Shown piece by piece: positions 18,919 through 29,328 of a DNA stretch of 64,000 nt. This DNA is from a virus. The notes under the pieces were generated by a model. It saw only the letters and a list, made by a program, of their open reading frames with translations, searched no databases and was not told the origin of the DNA. The translations under genes were made by a program, and so were the position numbers. Positions within the stretch are counted from its first letter, which is position 1. Each line of letters starts with the position of its first letter. The stretch lies in IMG/VR virus record IMGVR_UViG_3300030109_006363, positions 4,713 to 68,712 of that record; one strand, 5' to 3'.

Positions 18919-21261
18919 CTACTGGTCAACTGTACCATATATTATTCCACCAGTTATAGTATAATTAGAGTTATCAATAGCAGTTATTGCTTTACCACCT
19001 TGACCACCTTTAGGAAGTTCACTAACCCCTATTCCCCCTCTCCTCTTAAGACAGTCACCACCATTAGCGCCCCATCCGCCTCCACCGGCAGCATTTCCCC
19101 ATGGTATATGATCTCTTGAGCTTACAGTCTCACCATCTTCATTACCACTGCCTCCGTGACCACCCCCGTACATTTCGCTCTCTGGATTAACCGCAGTTCC
19201 TCCTTTAGCATCAGCGGATAATATTCTACCACCTCCTCCACCACCACCGTGAGGATCATTACCTCTTCTCTTATAACCACCTGAACCACCCCCACCAGCT
19301 TCACCGCCTCCGCCTCCAAAGTAAGCTTTAGGATTTCCTCTGGCGCGTACGCGCGCCATGAACCTTCGACCAAACAATTGATCAAGAGGTAAATTACGCC
19401 AGGTACCACCATCACTACCAGGTTGACCAGGTGCACCACCTTCACCACCTGCTTCCCATGCATTAGGCGCGCCTGGTAATGCATTAAAATTAGGATAAGA
19501 ACCTACACCACCTTTGCCTCCACCGGCACCTCCGCCTCCACCACCAAAATTACCAGTACCACTACCAGCCCCGCCTCCACCACCACCAGCAATTGCTCCT
19601 TGATTGTTAATAATAATACTATCAGAGGTATTAATAAAGATAGCATCACCGCCATCCCAACCGTCATATAAGCTTTTACCAGGAGGCGACCCTATAGACC
19701 AAGATTGTTGAGGGTACTTTCCTGCTGCGTAAGATCCACCGTCTCCCCCTCTCCCCATAATAAATCCATTATTAATAAGTCTTAATCCTTTAGGCCAGTT
19801 ACCAGTAGTTAAAGCAGGTTTATCCATATCATCAGAATAAATGTATACATTAGGTCTTATAGTAATAATAGCTCTGCTTGAACCATTCCAACCTCTATCT
19901 TTAGCCCATTCTTCGAGATTTAAAGTTTCTTGATTTACAGTTATATCTGCTCTGAATACCGGGTCAGCTTCAATTATTTGAGTACCTCCTCCAATTTCAG
20001 TATTAGGTTCATCAAAGTCTAAAGGTACTCTACGCCATGCATAAAAACCATAATTAGGGGGTATGTTATTATGAGAAAGAGAACTTCCTTGATTTCTTGA
20101 TGGTACAGTAGTAGACCCTCTAATTTGAGCATTAACATATAAATTAGTAGTAGTAGCTTGTGAAACTTCTTCATCTAGTTCCTTTAATCTATCAACACCA
20201 TCTAATGCTATAGCTGCTTCTTCCGCTCCCAGTACTTCAATAATAATATTACGAGCTTTTATTAAATCTGCAGGACTGAATCTACCTGGATGAACTCTAT
20301 CAATATCCCTTGAGTCGTAATCAGCTTTTTCTATTTGAATATTACCCGCGGCCCATGGTACCCCTACTGGTCTCGGACTATCAGTTATAAAAATTTTAGT
20401 ATTAGGAATATTACTATCCAACAGCCCAGCCCATCCAGGGCCCCCTGCAATTGAACCGCCCCACCCTTCTAGTGAAAAGCTAGCCAGCTTAGGATCAAAG
20501 TCTACATTTGAGTATCTAAAGCCATCTTCATGCCTTTTTTTAATTAAAAAATCTCTATAGTTATCTTGTCCCTTAAAGGTAGTATTATTTTGAAATGCTT
20601 CTATTTCATCTTGACCCAATAAGTAAGAAAAGGGATCATCAGCTACATTGGGTATTAAGCTAGCAGACGAAGATGTATATATACGTTCTTGTGTTAATCC
20701 TCTTGAATTTATTCTCGGACCAAAATAAAAGCAAAAAATATCTATAGGAGAACTAGGAGTGTTAGTATCACCCTTTATAGTAGTTTGTACATTAACATCA
20801 TGAGTATGCGCCGGTAAATTATCTTTATTTAATTTATTTTCAAATTCACCTATTTTATCACCACTATTATTACCAACAGAACCAGGTGAAAATACTTTAT
20901 CTTCGCCTCCTACTCCAACAAAAAATCTACCAGGGCTTTCGAGTACCCATTTTGTTCCAGCTATTCTCTTAGTTGGGTCGTCATTAGTTGTTGTTAGTAT
21001 TATACTACCTATGGGGTAAAAACTATCTAACCAGTCTCTTGTTATAGTACTTTCAGGTAAAATATAGTTTTGAATATCAACTCTATCTGCAGTATTTTCA
21101 TCTACAGTTCTACTACTTAGAGTTAAACCGCTAGTATTTCCTTTACCATCAAATACTTTATTATATTCCTGCAAAGTTATATCAAAACCACTTAAATGTA
21201 ATAAAGAAGAATAGTAATCAGCTATTCTTAACCCCTTTAAGCTTTCTCCTTTATTTGCCAT
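18919..21261 (-). CDS. Baseplate/fibre protein with collar-like domain and Gly-rich receptor-binding C-terminus
   Basis: YPIGSI...GRFFVG...NLPAHTH...HNNIPP; C-terminal NNGFIMGRGGDGG...GGGGGG tracts reminiscent of gp38-type adhesins. Confidence 0.75.
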   Translation of the reverse strand: MANKGESLKGLRIADYYSSLLHLSGFDITLQEYNKVFDGKGNTSGLTLSSRTVDENTADRVDIQNYILPESTITRDWLDSFYPIGSIILTTTNDDPTKRIAGTKWVLESPGRFFVGVGGEDKVFSPGSVGNNSGDKIGEFENKLNKDNLPAHTHDVNVQTTIKGDTNTPSSPIDIFCFYFGPRINSRGLTQERIYTSSSASLIPNVADDPFSYLLGQDEIEAFQNNTTFKGQDNYRDFLIKKRHEDGFRYSNVDFDPKLASFSLEGWGGSIAGGPGWAGLLDSNIPNTKIFITDSPRPVGVPWAAGNIQIEKADYDSRDIDRVHPGRFSPADLIKARNIIIEVLGAEEAAIALDGVDRLKELDEEVSQATTTNLYVNAQIRGSTTVPSRNQGSSLSHNNIPPNYGFYAWRRVPLDFDEPNTEIGGGTQIIEADPVFRADITVNQETLNLEEWAKDRGWNGSSRAIITIRPNVYIYSDDMDKPALTTGNWPKGLRLINNGFIMGRGGDGGSYAAGKYPQQSWSIGSPPGKSLYDGWDGGDAIFINTSDSIIINNQGAIAGGGGGGAGSGTGNFGGGGGGAGGGKGGVGSYPNFNALPGAPNAWEAGGEGGAPGQPGSDGGTWRNLPLDQLFGRRFMARVRARGNPKAYFGGGGGEAGGGGSGGYKRRGNDPHGGGGGGGRILSADAKGGTAVNPESEMYGGGHGGSGNEDGETVSSRDHIPWGNAAGGGGWGANGGDCLKRRGGIGVSELPKGGQGGKAITAIDNSNYTITGGIIYGTVDQ

Positions 21262-21269
21262 AATTTTAT

Positions 21270-23552
21270 TTAATATGATCCTCCAGTACTACCACTACTT
21301 GTATTTGATGAACCGGGTATGTTGTTTGGTCCTGTATCTCTTAGTTGTTGTGTTGGTGGAACAAGAACATCATCACCAAAATCAGGTGATGTTTCTGTTA
21401 CATTAAAAATAACGTTATCCATCGGGGTTAAATAAGCATGAGGTGTATCTATATGTAAAGGACCTACCATGAACCCCTTATCAGGATGTGAATGATAAAA
21501 TCCTACATAATCTTCGCCTGTATCAGTTAATACAAACTCTCCACCACTCGTATATAAACTCTCTACAATTTCATTTCTTTCACCCTCAATTTCAACCACT
21601 ATAGAATCTTCTTCATCTTCGTCTTCATCATCTTGTGAAACTATAATATTAAATACTGTTTCTTGTAGCTTAAAAATTTGATCAAAGACCCTCGAGACTG
21701 TGTCATAATTAACTTCTTCGTTATCATGAAATTCTAAATTTCTAAAATTAACATCAATGCCCTCGTATGAAATAAATTTACCTAAAACAGGTATACCTTC
21801 TCTAACTTCTTTAAATGGTATTACACTAGCGTTTAAAAATACATTTACGGTATCTTTAATTATATTTTGCAGCTCACTATTAAGAGATATACCTAAACTA
21901 GATTCACAGCTTATAATTTTTTCATATAAGTTTTCTAAATTTAAAGGAACAAAGCTTTTATAAAGTAACTTGCTTTCTTCCATAAGATAAATTCTACCAA
22001 TATTATGCAACAAGTAGAATAAACTTGTATTATTTTTACCTACTAGAAAATTTAAATTATTATAATTATTAGACGGTAACGTGTTTGAATTAAATTTCTT
22101 TTGTATCTTATCAAATCTCTCTAGTGTACCATTAAAGTACATATCTTCAAGGTATAGTAAATTTTTATTAGATGGGAAACCCGCTACATTTTCAGGGTTC
22201 GAAATAAACCTTGAAGAAATAGCTCCTTCATCATCAATAATAAAAATATTTGAATCGTTACCAGAAAAGTAAATAGTAACTACATTCTTTTTAGCGTTAA
22301 ATACTACTTCTGGTTTATATCTAGTTAGTTTTTTAGGATTGAAAGGTAAGACATAATCACCTTCAGCGCTACTAACTTTATCTATATCTAAATGATAGAT
22401 AAAAAACTCTTCTGCATCAAATCCATCAAATGAAGTTAAAATTAATAATGAATCATCAGAATCTCTTATATCAAATTCTAGAATTTCTTCAGCAGGGTTA
22501 GATGATACTATATTATTAATAAGCTCAAAAGTATATTTGTTTACTATTTTAATTTTAGGTTGATTATTAACGTTATTAGCAATTTGTTGCATGCGTACTA
22601 ATCTATTTTTACCATGTACTTTACCTCTTATAGGATTACCTTCAGAATCTGTTTCTACACGTGCTTGATCTGTATATCTATATCCTAAAATATTATTTCC
22701 TAAACTTACTTTATCATCTATAACATTATCTTCTAACGTTATTTGATCTACGAGTTTTAAGACTCTACATTCTGATACAAAACTATTATCATAAAGCTTT
22801 AAAATAAATTTAAAAAGACCAGATATGTTTTGTACTTCAGATTTTTCTAATGCATATAAAGTATCTGTATTATTATCATAACTAAATCTTTGCGCGCCCT
22901 CAAAAACATCTTCTTCTAATCTTATTAGACTACCCCCTGTAGCAAAAGTTCCTGAAAATGTATATGACGAGGTAGAAGTTGTAGTAAAATAATTAAATGA
23001 TTTATCATCATATATAAAAACCATACTATCAACAGTATCATCTAATACATCTACATCTGGAACTTTATCGATAAAAGTAAAGGGATCAATTTGAACGGGA
23101 AAATTATTAGATTTTGATAATTTAGTATCATCGTTTCTAATATCGTTTTTACCACTAGATAGTCCTAAGAAGTAACTATCTTTATTTTCAACTGAATTTA
23201 AAAAATCAAATAAATCTGGATTGGCTATAATATTTTTAGAATATATTATTAAATTATTGATATTAAGAGCTTGTAAATTTGTATCAATAAAATTTTGATC
23301 AATTACATTTCTTGGAGAGATTTTAGGTTGAGTTAATATATTTTTATTTTCTACAGATACTGTCCTATCAAATTCAAACTTATTTAAAAAACAGTTAGCT
23401 AAAAATGTATCCTTACCACTCAGTAACTTAGATGCAGTACTAAAAGATTTACCAGTAAAAGCTTTTCCGTCTTTTACAGTAAATAAGCCACTATAATCAT
23501 TACCGCTTAAGGTAAACGAATCTCCGTTAGTATATTTAAAGTAATCTATCAT
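21270..23552 (-). CDS. Virion structural protein (baseplate region)
   Basis: 760 aa in the structural operon; YTxG(G/D)xF...DYxG module at both ends. Confidence 0.6.
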   Translation of the reverse strand: MIDYFKYTNGDSFTLSGNDYSGLFTVKDGKAFTGKSFSTASKLLSGKDTFLANCFLNKFEFDRTVSVENKNILTQPKISPRNVIDQNFIDTNLQALNINNLIIYSKNIIANPDLFDFLNSVENKDSYFLGLSSGKNDIRNDDTKLSKSNNFPVQIDPFTFIDKVPDVDVLDDTVDSMVFIYDDKSFNYFTTTSTSSYTFSGTFATGGSLIRLEEDVFEGAQRFSYDNNTDTLYALEKSEVQNISGLFKFILKLYDNSFVSECRVLKLVDQITLEDNVIDDKVSLGNNILGYRYTDQARVETDSEGNPIRGKVHGKNRLVRMQQIANNVNNQPKIKIVNKYTFELINNIVSSNPAEEILEFDIRDSDDSLLILTSFDGFDAEEFFIYHLDIDKVSSAEGDYVLPFNPKKLTRYKPEVVFNAKKNVVTIYFSGNDSNIFIIDDEGAISSRFISNPENVAGFPSNKNLLYLEDMYFNGTLERFDKIQKKFNSNTLPSNNYNNLNFLVGKNNTSLFYLLHNIGRIYLMEESKLLYKSFVPLNLENLYEKIISCESSLGISLNSELQNIIKDTVNVFLNASVIPFKEVREGIPVLGKFISYEGIDVNFRNLEFHDNEEVNYDTVSRVFDQIFKLQETVFNIIVSQDDEDEDEEDSIVVEIEGERNEIVESLYTSGGEFVLTDTGEDYVGFYHSHPDKGFMVGPLHIDTPHAYLTPMDNVIFNVTETSPDFGDDVLVPPTQQLRDTGPNNIPGSSNTSSGSTGGSY

Positions 23553-25897
23553 TTGTAATCAATAAATTTAATATCGTTTATAACTGCAGTTTTTGGTAAT
23601 GTTTTAATAATGTTATTAAGCATAACATTTTTAACTTCACTAGCCACATCTAAATTAATATTTAAATTCTTTATATTAATATCAACTAAATTACTCTTAT
23701 TCTTAAGATTAGTGTTAATAGAATTCATTACTTTGATATTATCAGTAAGATTTCTCATTCCACAAGGTAAGGAGATAGTTAAATCTTGTATTGTATCTAT
23801 ATTAATACCAAAAATATATCCAAGCTCTTGATATTTTTGTAAAGGTTGCAAGGTTAAGTATAAGTTGTCTATGTATAATTTTTTAGTAGCATCATTAAAT
23901 AAAATTTCTGTCTTACGAGCATTGCGTGTTGGTAACTGTATAAAAATATCTCCAAATAATATTTTCTTAGTAAACATTTGATATGCATTTATATCAAAAG
24001 AAAATATAATATTAGTATTGAGATATAAATTACATAAACCTTCAACTGCATTAAAAGATAAGAAGATGTTATTTTTTTCAAACTTATCTAGTTCAAATGT
24101 ATGTCTAAAGGTATTTTGATTTATACGCTTACTTAAATTAGCTCCCGCAGTGCTATTATCAAATAATCTAAATACAAATTCTACGGTATTACCAGTTTTA
24201 CTAAAAACAAAACCACCATTAATATCATTACTATCAGAATATATATCAAAATCACCAACTTCGTTTTGATAAGTAAAACCTAAGCTAAACCCACCATTAT
24301 CATTAATAGTATTAAAGTAATTATTTACTCTGTTATTAACTCTAGCTGTATCACAAAAATTAGTAGGAGATTCTCTCAAAAAGTCTTTCTTTTGCACTCT
24401 TACATACTTATACCTTTTTTCAGGCTCAAAAGTTAAATCACTTTTTTTATCAAAATATAATTTTTTCTTTACTGAATTTCTTAAAGTAGTGTTACTACTT
24501 ATTAGATTTTCTACTGCTTTTTCATATGTAACATTATATATTGGGGAAGCTGCTAAAGCTGCTTCTTTAGTAGTATAATCTGGGTAATAATATCTATCTA
24601 CCCATATACCTTCTTGGCCTATTCCCCCTGAAAGCCATGTACATAAGTAAGTAACATCTTTATCCTTTATAGAGTTATCATCTAATTTATAAACTCTATC
24701 TGATAGATCAGGTCTTTTAAAAGAAAAAGAACCCGCTTTTGTAAATTTTGTATCATTAATATTCAACTTACTAAACGGCTGCATAGAAGAAGGAGTAGTA
24801 AAGTAAGTAGTACCAGGCTTTATTTTAATATCAAAATTATTATAAACAAAATTTAAAGCTAAAGTTTCATTTTTTTCACTATCTATGTCAGAAAGTATTG
24901 AAGTATATTTTCTTAAATTCTGACTAAAGATAGTAGTTTCTGAGGTTGACAATAAATTATTAGAAGAAGTAAATTGATCTTGAGTGTTAACAATATTTTT
25001 TAAATTAATTAAATTAAAATCTAATTCATTATTATTTGAGGAGCTATACAACAGGTAATTAGAAGGTAGATGAAAATCACTTTTATCATTATCTACTTGA
25101 CCACTGTTGTCGTAAGTAATAAAACTAGTATTATAAGGCGAAGGCACAGATAAATTTACCTCTTGATTTAACTTAATTGAACTATTAGCTATAAAAAATT
25201 GATTCGGCTTGGTTGTACTGTCAATAAGTTTAGCATATAAAACACCACCAGTTCCAAGTATAGCATACTTACCGTCTATTTTTTGAGAATATAAGTTTAC
25301 AAAACTATCTCTTTTATATTTTAAAAGATTATATTGTAAATTTCTACCTGTTAAGCTTAGTTTATTTTCTGCGACGAAAAGCGCTTTACGCGCATCAAAT
25401 TCATCTTTAGCATCATCACTTACTACAAGAAAGTAACGGACTCCGTCAACCACAGTACTAACTCTACAAATAAAATCATCTACAAAAGTTATTTCGAAAT
25501 CATTAGCATCATCTTTAAGTTCTGAAAAAGATGTTTTTCCAAAAAACTCAGCATTATATATATCATCGTTGTCTTTAAAAGAACTCAATGACGGTGCCTT
25601 GTAAATTAAATAATTCTCACTCGACGTAGTAAAATTTAAAGTAGTAAAAAAAGAATCTGGCTTTACTTTAATCTCTTTAGTTGATGTAACATCATCTAGT
25701 AAAAATTCATTCGTTAAGTAAAAATTAGTAAAATTTAAATTTTTAAAATCCTGTATTCCTGATAGAGCAGAAATAAAATTTAAATTAAACCCACCATTAT
25801 ATGTTTGTCTGTATTGATCAAGTGAAAGATCAACAGGGCAGATGCTTGCATCTACTGAACTTAAAGCACTTAAACTAGATTTAACTAAACAACCCAT
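23549..25897 (-). CDS. Virion structural protein
   Basis: 782 aa; TAAATA 6 nt upstream; structural operon. Confidence 0.6.
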   Translation of the reverse strand: MGCLVKSSLSALSSVDASICPVDLSLDQYRQTYNGGFNLNFISALSGIQDFKNLNFTNFYLTNEFLLDDVTSTKEIKVKPDSFFTTLNFTTSSENYLIYKAPSLSSFKDNDDIYNAEFFGKTSFSELKDDANDFEITFVDDFICRVSTVVDGVRYFLVVSDDAKDEFDARKALFVAENKLSLTGRNLQYNLLKYKRDSFVNLYSQKIDGKYAILGTGGVLYAKLIDSTTKPNQFFIANSSIKLNQEVNLSVPSPYNTSFITYDNSGQVDNDKSDFHLPSNYLLYSSSNNNELDFNLINLKNIVNTQDQFTSSNNLLSTSETTIFSQNLRKYTSILSDIDSEKNETLALNFVYNNFDIKIKPGTTYFTTPSSMQPFSKLNINDTKFTKAGSFSFKRPDLSDRVYKLDDNSIKDKDVTYLCTWLSGGIGQEGIWVDRYYYPDYTTKEAALAASPIYNVTYEKAVENLISSNTTLRNSVKKKLYFDKKSDLTFEPEKRYKYVRVQKKDFLRESPTNFCDTARVNNRVNNYFNTINDNGGFSLGFTYQNEVGDFDIYSDSNDINGGFVFSKTGNTVEFVFRLFDNSTAGANLSKRINQNTFRHTFELDKFEKNNIFLSFNAVEGLCNLYLNTNIIFSFDINAYQMFTKKILFGDIFIQLPTRNARKTEILFNDATKKLYIDNLYLTLQPLQKYQELGYIFGINIDTIQDLTISLPCGMRNLTDNIKVMNSINTNLKNKSNLVDINIKNLNINLDVASEVKNVMLNNIIKTLPKTAVINDIKFIDYK

Positions 25898-25912
25898 TTT
25901 ATATATTTATTC

Positions 25913-26452
25913 TTAATTCTCTTTATAAGATTTGTTATCTAATTGAACTAAGTAGTTGTTGTTTTTAGTTAAAAATGTAATTCTTGAGCTATTATTAACA
26001 TCATTTAATAAATCTACCCCTATAATATCGATATCATCTACATTTTCATAATAGCTTTGTGAATTTATTACTAATGGTACACTAAAACATAAAGTTTCAC
26101 CTGTAACGTATCCTATATTCATTTTAAAGGTAAGAGCTTTTTTGAGTGCATACGAAGATGGGTAATACTTATGCTTGTAATTATTACTAAACGTCACGGG
26201 CGTAACTCCTTTTTGTATTTCCGAGAAGATAGATTCTGTTCTGTAGTCTCTGTAAATTTTTATATCTGGCTTTAACACTTCAGAACCATCGCCCCAATCT
26301 ATACTTAAGTAAGTAGGAAAAATTTCTGTATAAATATTAGAAATATCTAGAGTTACTTCAGTAAAATCAAATAAATCAATTGGTTTTAAAGTTTGTTCTT
26401 TGATTGCTAGATGATGTTTGGATGAAGAAATGGATAATGTATAAGTGTTCAT
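25913..26452 (-). CDS. Virion protein with PKD-like motif
   Basis: IDWGDGS...HKY. Confidence 0.55.
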   Translation of the reverse strand: MNTYTLSISSSKHHLAIKEQTLKPIDLFDFTEVTLDISNIYTEIFPTYLSIDWGDGSEVLKPDIKIYRDYRTESIFSEIQKGVTPVTFSNNYKHKYYPSSYALKKALTFKMNIGYVTGETLCFSVPLVINSQSYYENVDDIDIIGVDLLNDVNNSSRITFLTKNNNYLVQLDNKSYKEN

Positions 26453-29313
26453 AGTATTAAAGCAGCTGATGAAAGCGGTAATTTAGATGTTGATAAAGTA
26501 GGTACGCTAGATGATAATGTAAATACAGCATTACTTAAATCTATAACACCGTCACTAGTAAAGTTATCAGTAAATCTACTATTGTTACTGCTAAAGGTTG
26601 TATTGTTTAAGAAATTCACACTGTCTTTATATTCAAATAAATAGTTAACTAATAAAGGCCCTTTATTTAAATCTTTAATTAAGACAGCTAAATTAAATTG
26701 TTCGTTATCGCTATTATAAGTTAAAAATGGCTTTCCGCTCTCTATATATACTGAGTCGAAAGATGAAAGATTGAAATTACAACCTTCAGCGTTATTACCG
26801 GTAGTTGGAAATATTTGTTCAGTTTTATCATCAGTAAAGCTATATTTGTAGATGACAGGATAAAGCCTTATATTTTTAAATGTTAATTGATCTTTTTGTA
26901 TTTTACAATAATATACATTACTACCAACTCTTAATCGGTTACTTACTTTATCAAAGAAATTAGTGTTAATGTTAAGAGAACTAGTAAAAGTATTAGGTGA
27001 AACGAATCTATTATTTTGATAAGAAGTTTTCTCAGTTACTAAAAATGAACTTGTTTCAATAAAGAGGGTGTCATATAGTATATCAAAATTAACTACCTTA
27101 TTTGATAATTCATTACATATAGTAGTATTATATTTGCCAGATAGGTAAGTTAGTGTTTCAGTTAACTCTTTTACTGCTGAATCATCTGATGCTTTATTAA
27201 TATTTTTTACATAAATTTTTCCTATATGACTTTGTCTATCAAATGTTGATTCATTAGTAGAATCAACTGTAGAGAAAGATGTAGCGTTATTAGCATCTAC
27301 AGTGTTATTATATAAGAATCCTTCTTCAGCTTGATTATAGTTAAAGATTATATTATCTGTAAATCTTGACCCATCGTAGTTCTTTACACCATTACCTCCG
27401 GAAAGCCTGACATTGTAAGAAAAGTCCCCTGAAAGCCCTGCATAGAGCGCTATACCTGGTTTAAATTCTGTACCTGGTCCAGTACCATCACTCAATGCTC
27501 TTATTACAGTTAGTCCTCCATCATAGTAACCTATTCCTGCTTCAACTAACTCTGAAAAGTAAAATTGATCAGAACTATCACTAAAAGCGCTTAATCCGGA
27601 ACTTATAGGGTCAGCTAAAGTTTCAGAATCTGAAAATCTAAAATAAGCTCCTTCTTTTACATCTGCGTCATATGTAATTGACTCTGGTCTAGTATAATCT
27701 ACCGTTAAATAATCAGAAGGCTCTATTAGTTCTTCGTAAGGATTAAAAAATCTACTAAAGATATAAAATGATGATAAAGGTAAATCTGGAGTTTGATCTC
27801 CTGGTGCATTAAATCCGTTTGTAAAGCTAGTTAAACCGGATCTAATAGTTTCTGTAAACGTAGAATCATCTTCTAACGTATAATCAAAATTATAACCTTC
27901 GTTGTATAAATCATCGAAAAATGTATATCCATTTATAACTAGATTTTTTATAGTCTTTGGTGTTTCTGAAATTAAATTATTTCTATAGTAATCATTATCT
28001 TTTACTAACCCAAAAATATTACCAAATATATCTTTTTTACTATCATCAATATATCCTTGATCATATAGATGGGATAAATCGGTATTCAAATTTCTTTCAC
28101 CGGTTATTTCAGAAGAGTAACCTAAAAATGTAGTACTTTCTTTATCGGGGTTAGGTTGATTTTTAGAAATACCTTTACTAGCATTGTTGATTGACCTAGA
28201 AGTATCAACTATAAAGGTTAAAATAGATTGGTCATTAGTATATAGATTAGGATCAGGGAATATATAAAATTGATTAGGTTTATAATTTTCCTTTTCATAA
28301 AAGTCTATTCTCTTTCCTTGTATAGTTACTATAGCAGAATTATGAGGCCTAAAAAATCCTAAATCTCTTTCACTAATTATTTGATCAGAAAATATTGATG
28401 CAGTAGAAGGAAAATTTTGATTTAAAAAATTAGCATAAGGTTTATCAGATTTAAATAATAGCCCTATATCAGGGTTACCATTATTGTCAGTTGAAAGGTA
28501 ATAAAAATCTGACCCTATGAACTTTTCTGTTTGTCTTTTTTTTGAACTAAAAACGTTATCTACTTCTTTTATATCCTTTAATTCATCACTAACAGAAGAA
28601 AATATTTCATTAACTAAATCTGATTCTAAAGAAGTAAATAAATTAGTATTCTCGGGTAATACCCCAGGCTCGTATTCTTTGAAATTAGCCCCGTATTCAT
28701 TTATATCTGGAGTCTTGTTAAAATATTGACCAAAGTTATCATAATATTCAACAATAGATACAGAGAGATTTTTCTTTATTTCTTCTATATTATAATCAAT
28801 ATTACCCGTTTCTCTGTTCTCTAAAAATTCTAAAATAATATCTTTTGAAGCTTGCTCGACTCCAACACTACTACCCTTAACTTTACTTTTAGTTAGAGAA
28901 TAATGTAAAGTATTTCTTTTCTTTTTATAATAAGATATTATGTCTCTTATTTTTCTACTAAAAAAGGACATAGCTATTTGCATATCATAGCTATCACTAA
29001 AATCTAGCTGCGTTAAAAATTTTCTTTCAGCGTTAGAAGAAAAGTTTAAAGTTACATCTTTTAGAAAGTCTCTATATCTATCAATAATAGAGGTTGAATT
29101 ATTTTTGCTTAAAGCTACATTTCTAGTATTCCATTTATTTACATAATTATTATAAAACGCAGTTAAAGTTTCAGGCTTATAACTCTCACTTACTATTTCA
29201 ATAAATTTTAAAAACGAGTATGGAGCAAATTTATCTAATGCCTCGTCACTATTAACATTAGGATTAGTTATAGACTGGTTTACATTTGGAAACCCTGTAG
29301 TAATGTTATCCAT
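26449..29313 (-). CDS. Large baseplate-associated structural protein
   Basis: 954 aa; TAAATA 6 nt upstream; lies downstream of gp6 and gp7-like genes. Confidence 0.6.
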   Translation of the reverse strand: MDNITTGFPNVNQSITNPNVNSDEALDKFAPYSFLKFIEIVSESYKPETLTAFYNNYVNKWNTRNVALSKNNSTSIIDRYRDFLKDVTLNFSSNAERKFLTQLDFSDSYDMQIAMSFFSRKIRDIISYYKKKRNTLHYSLTKSKVKGSSVGVEQASKDIILEFLENRETGNIDYNIEEIKKNLSVSIVEYYDNFGQYFNKTPDINEYGANFKEYEPGVLPENTNLFTSLESDLVNEIFSSVSDELKDIKEVDNVFSSKKRQTEKFIGSDFYYLSTDNNGNPDIGLLFKSDKPYANFLNQNFPSTASIFSDQIISERDLGFFRPHNSAIVTIQGKRIDFYEKENYKPNQFYIFPDPNLYTNDQSILTFIVDTSRSINNASKGISKNQPNPDKESTTFLGYSSEITGERNLNTDLSHLYDQGYIDDSKKDIFGNIFGLVKDNDYYRNNLISETPKTIKNLVINGYTFFDDLYNEGYNFDYTLEDDSTFTETIRSGLTSFTNGFNAPGDQTPDLPLSSFYIFSRFFNPYEELIEPSDYLTVDYTRPESITYDADVKEGAYFRFSDSETLADPISSGLSAFSDSSDQFYFSELVEAGIGYYDGGLTVIRALSDGTGPGTEFKPGIALYAGLSGDFSYNVRLSGGNGVKNYDGSRFTDNIIFNYNQAEEGFLYNNTVDANNATSFSTVDSTNESTFDRQSHIGKIYVKNINKASDDSAVKELTETLTYLSGKYNTTICNELSNKVVNFDILYDTLFIETSSFLVTEKTSYQNNRFVSPNTFTSSLNINTNFFDKVSNRLRVGSNVYYCKIQKDQLTFKNIRLYPVIYKYSFTDDKTEQIFPTTGNNAEGCNFNLSSFDSVYIESGKPFLTYNSDNEQFNLAVLIKDLNKGPLLVNYLFEYKDSVNFLNNTTFSSNNSRFTDNFTSDGVIDLSNAVFTLSSSVPTLSTSKLPLSSAALIL

Positions 29314-29328
29314 TAAACATATTTATCT

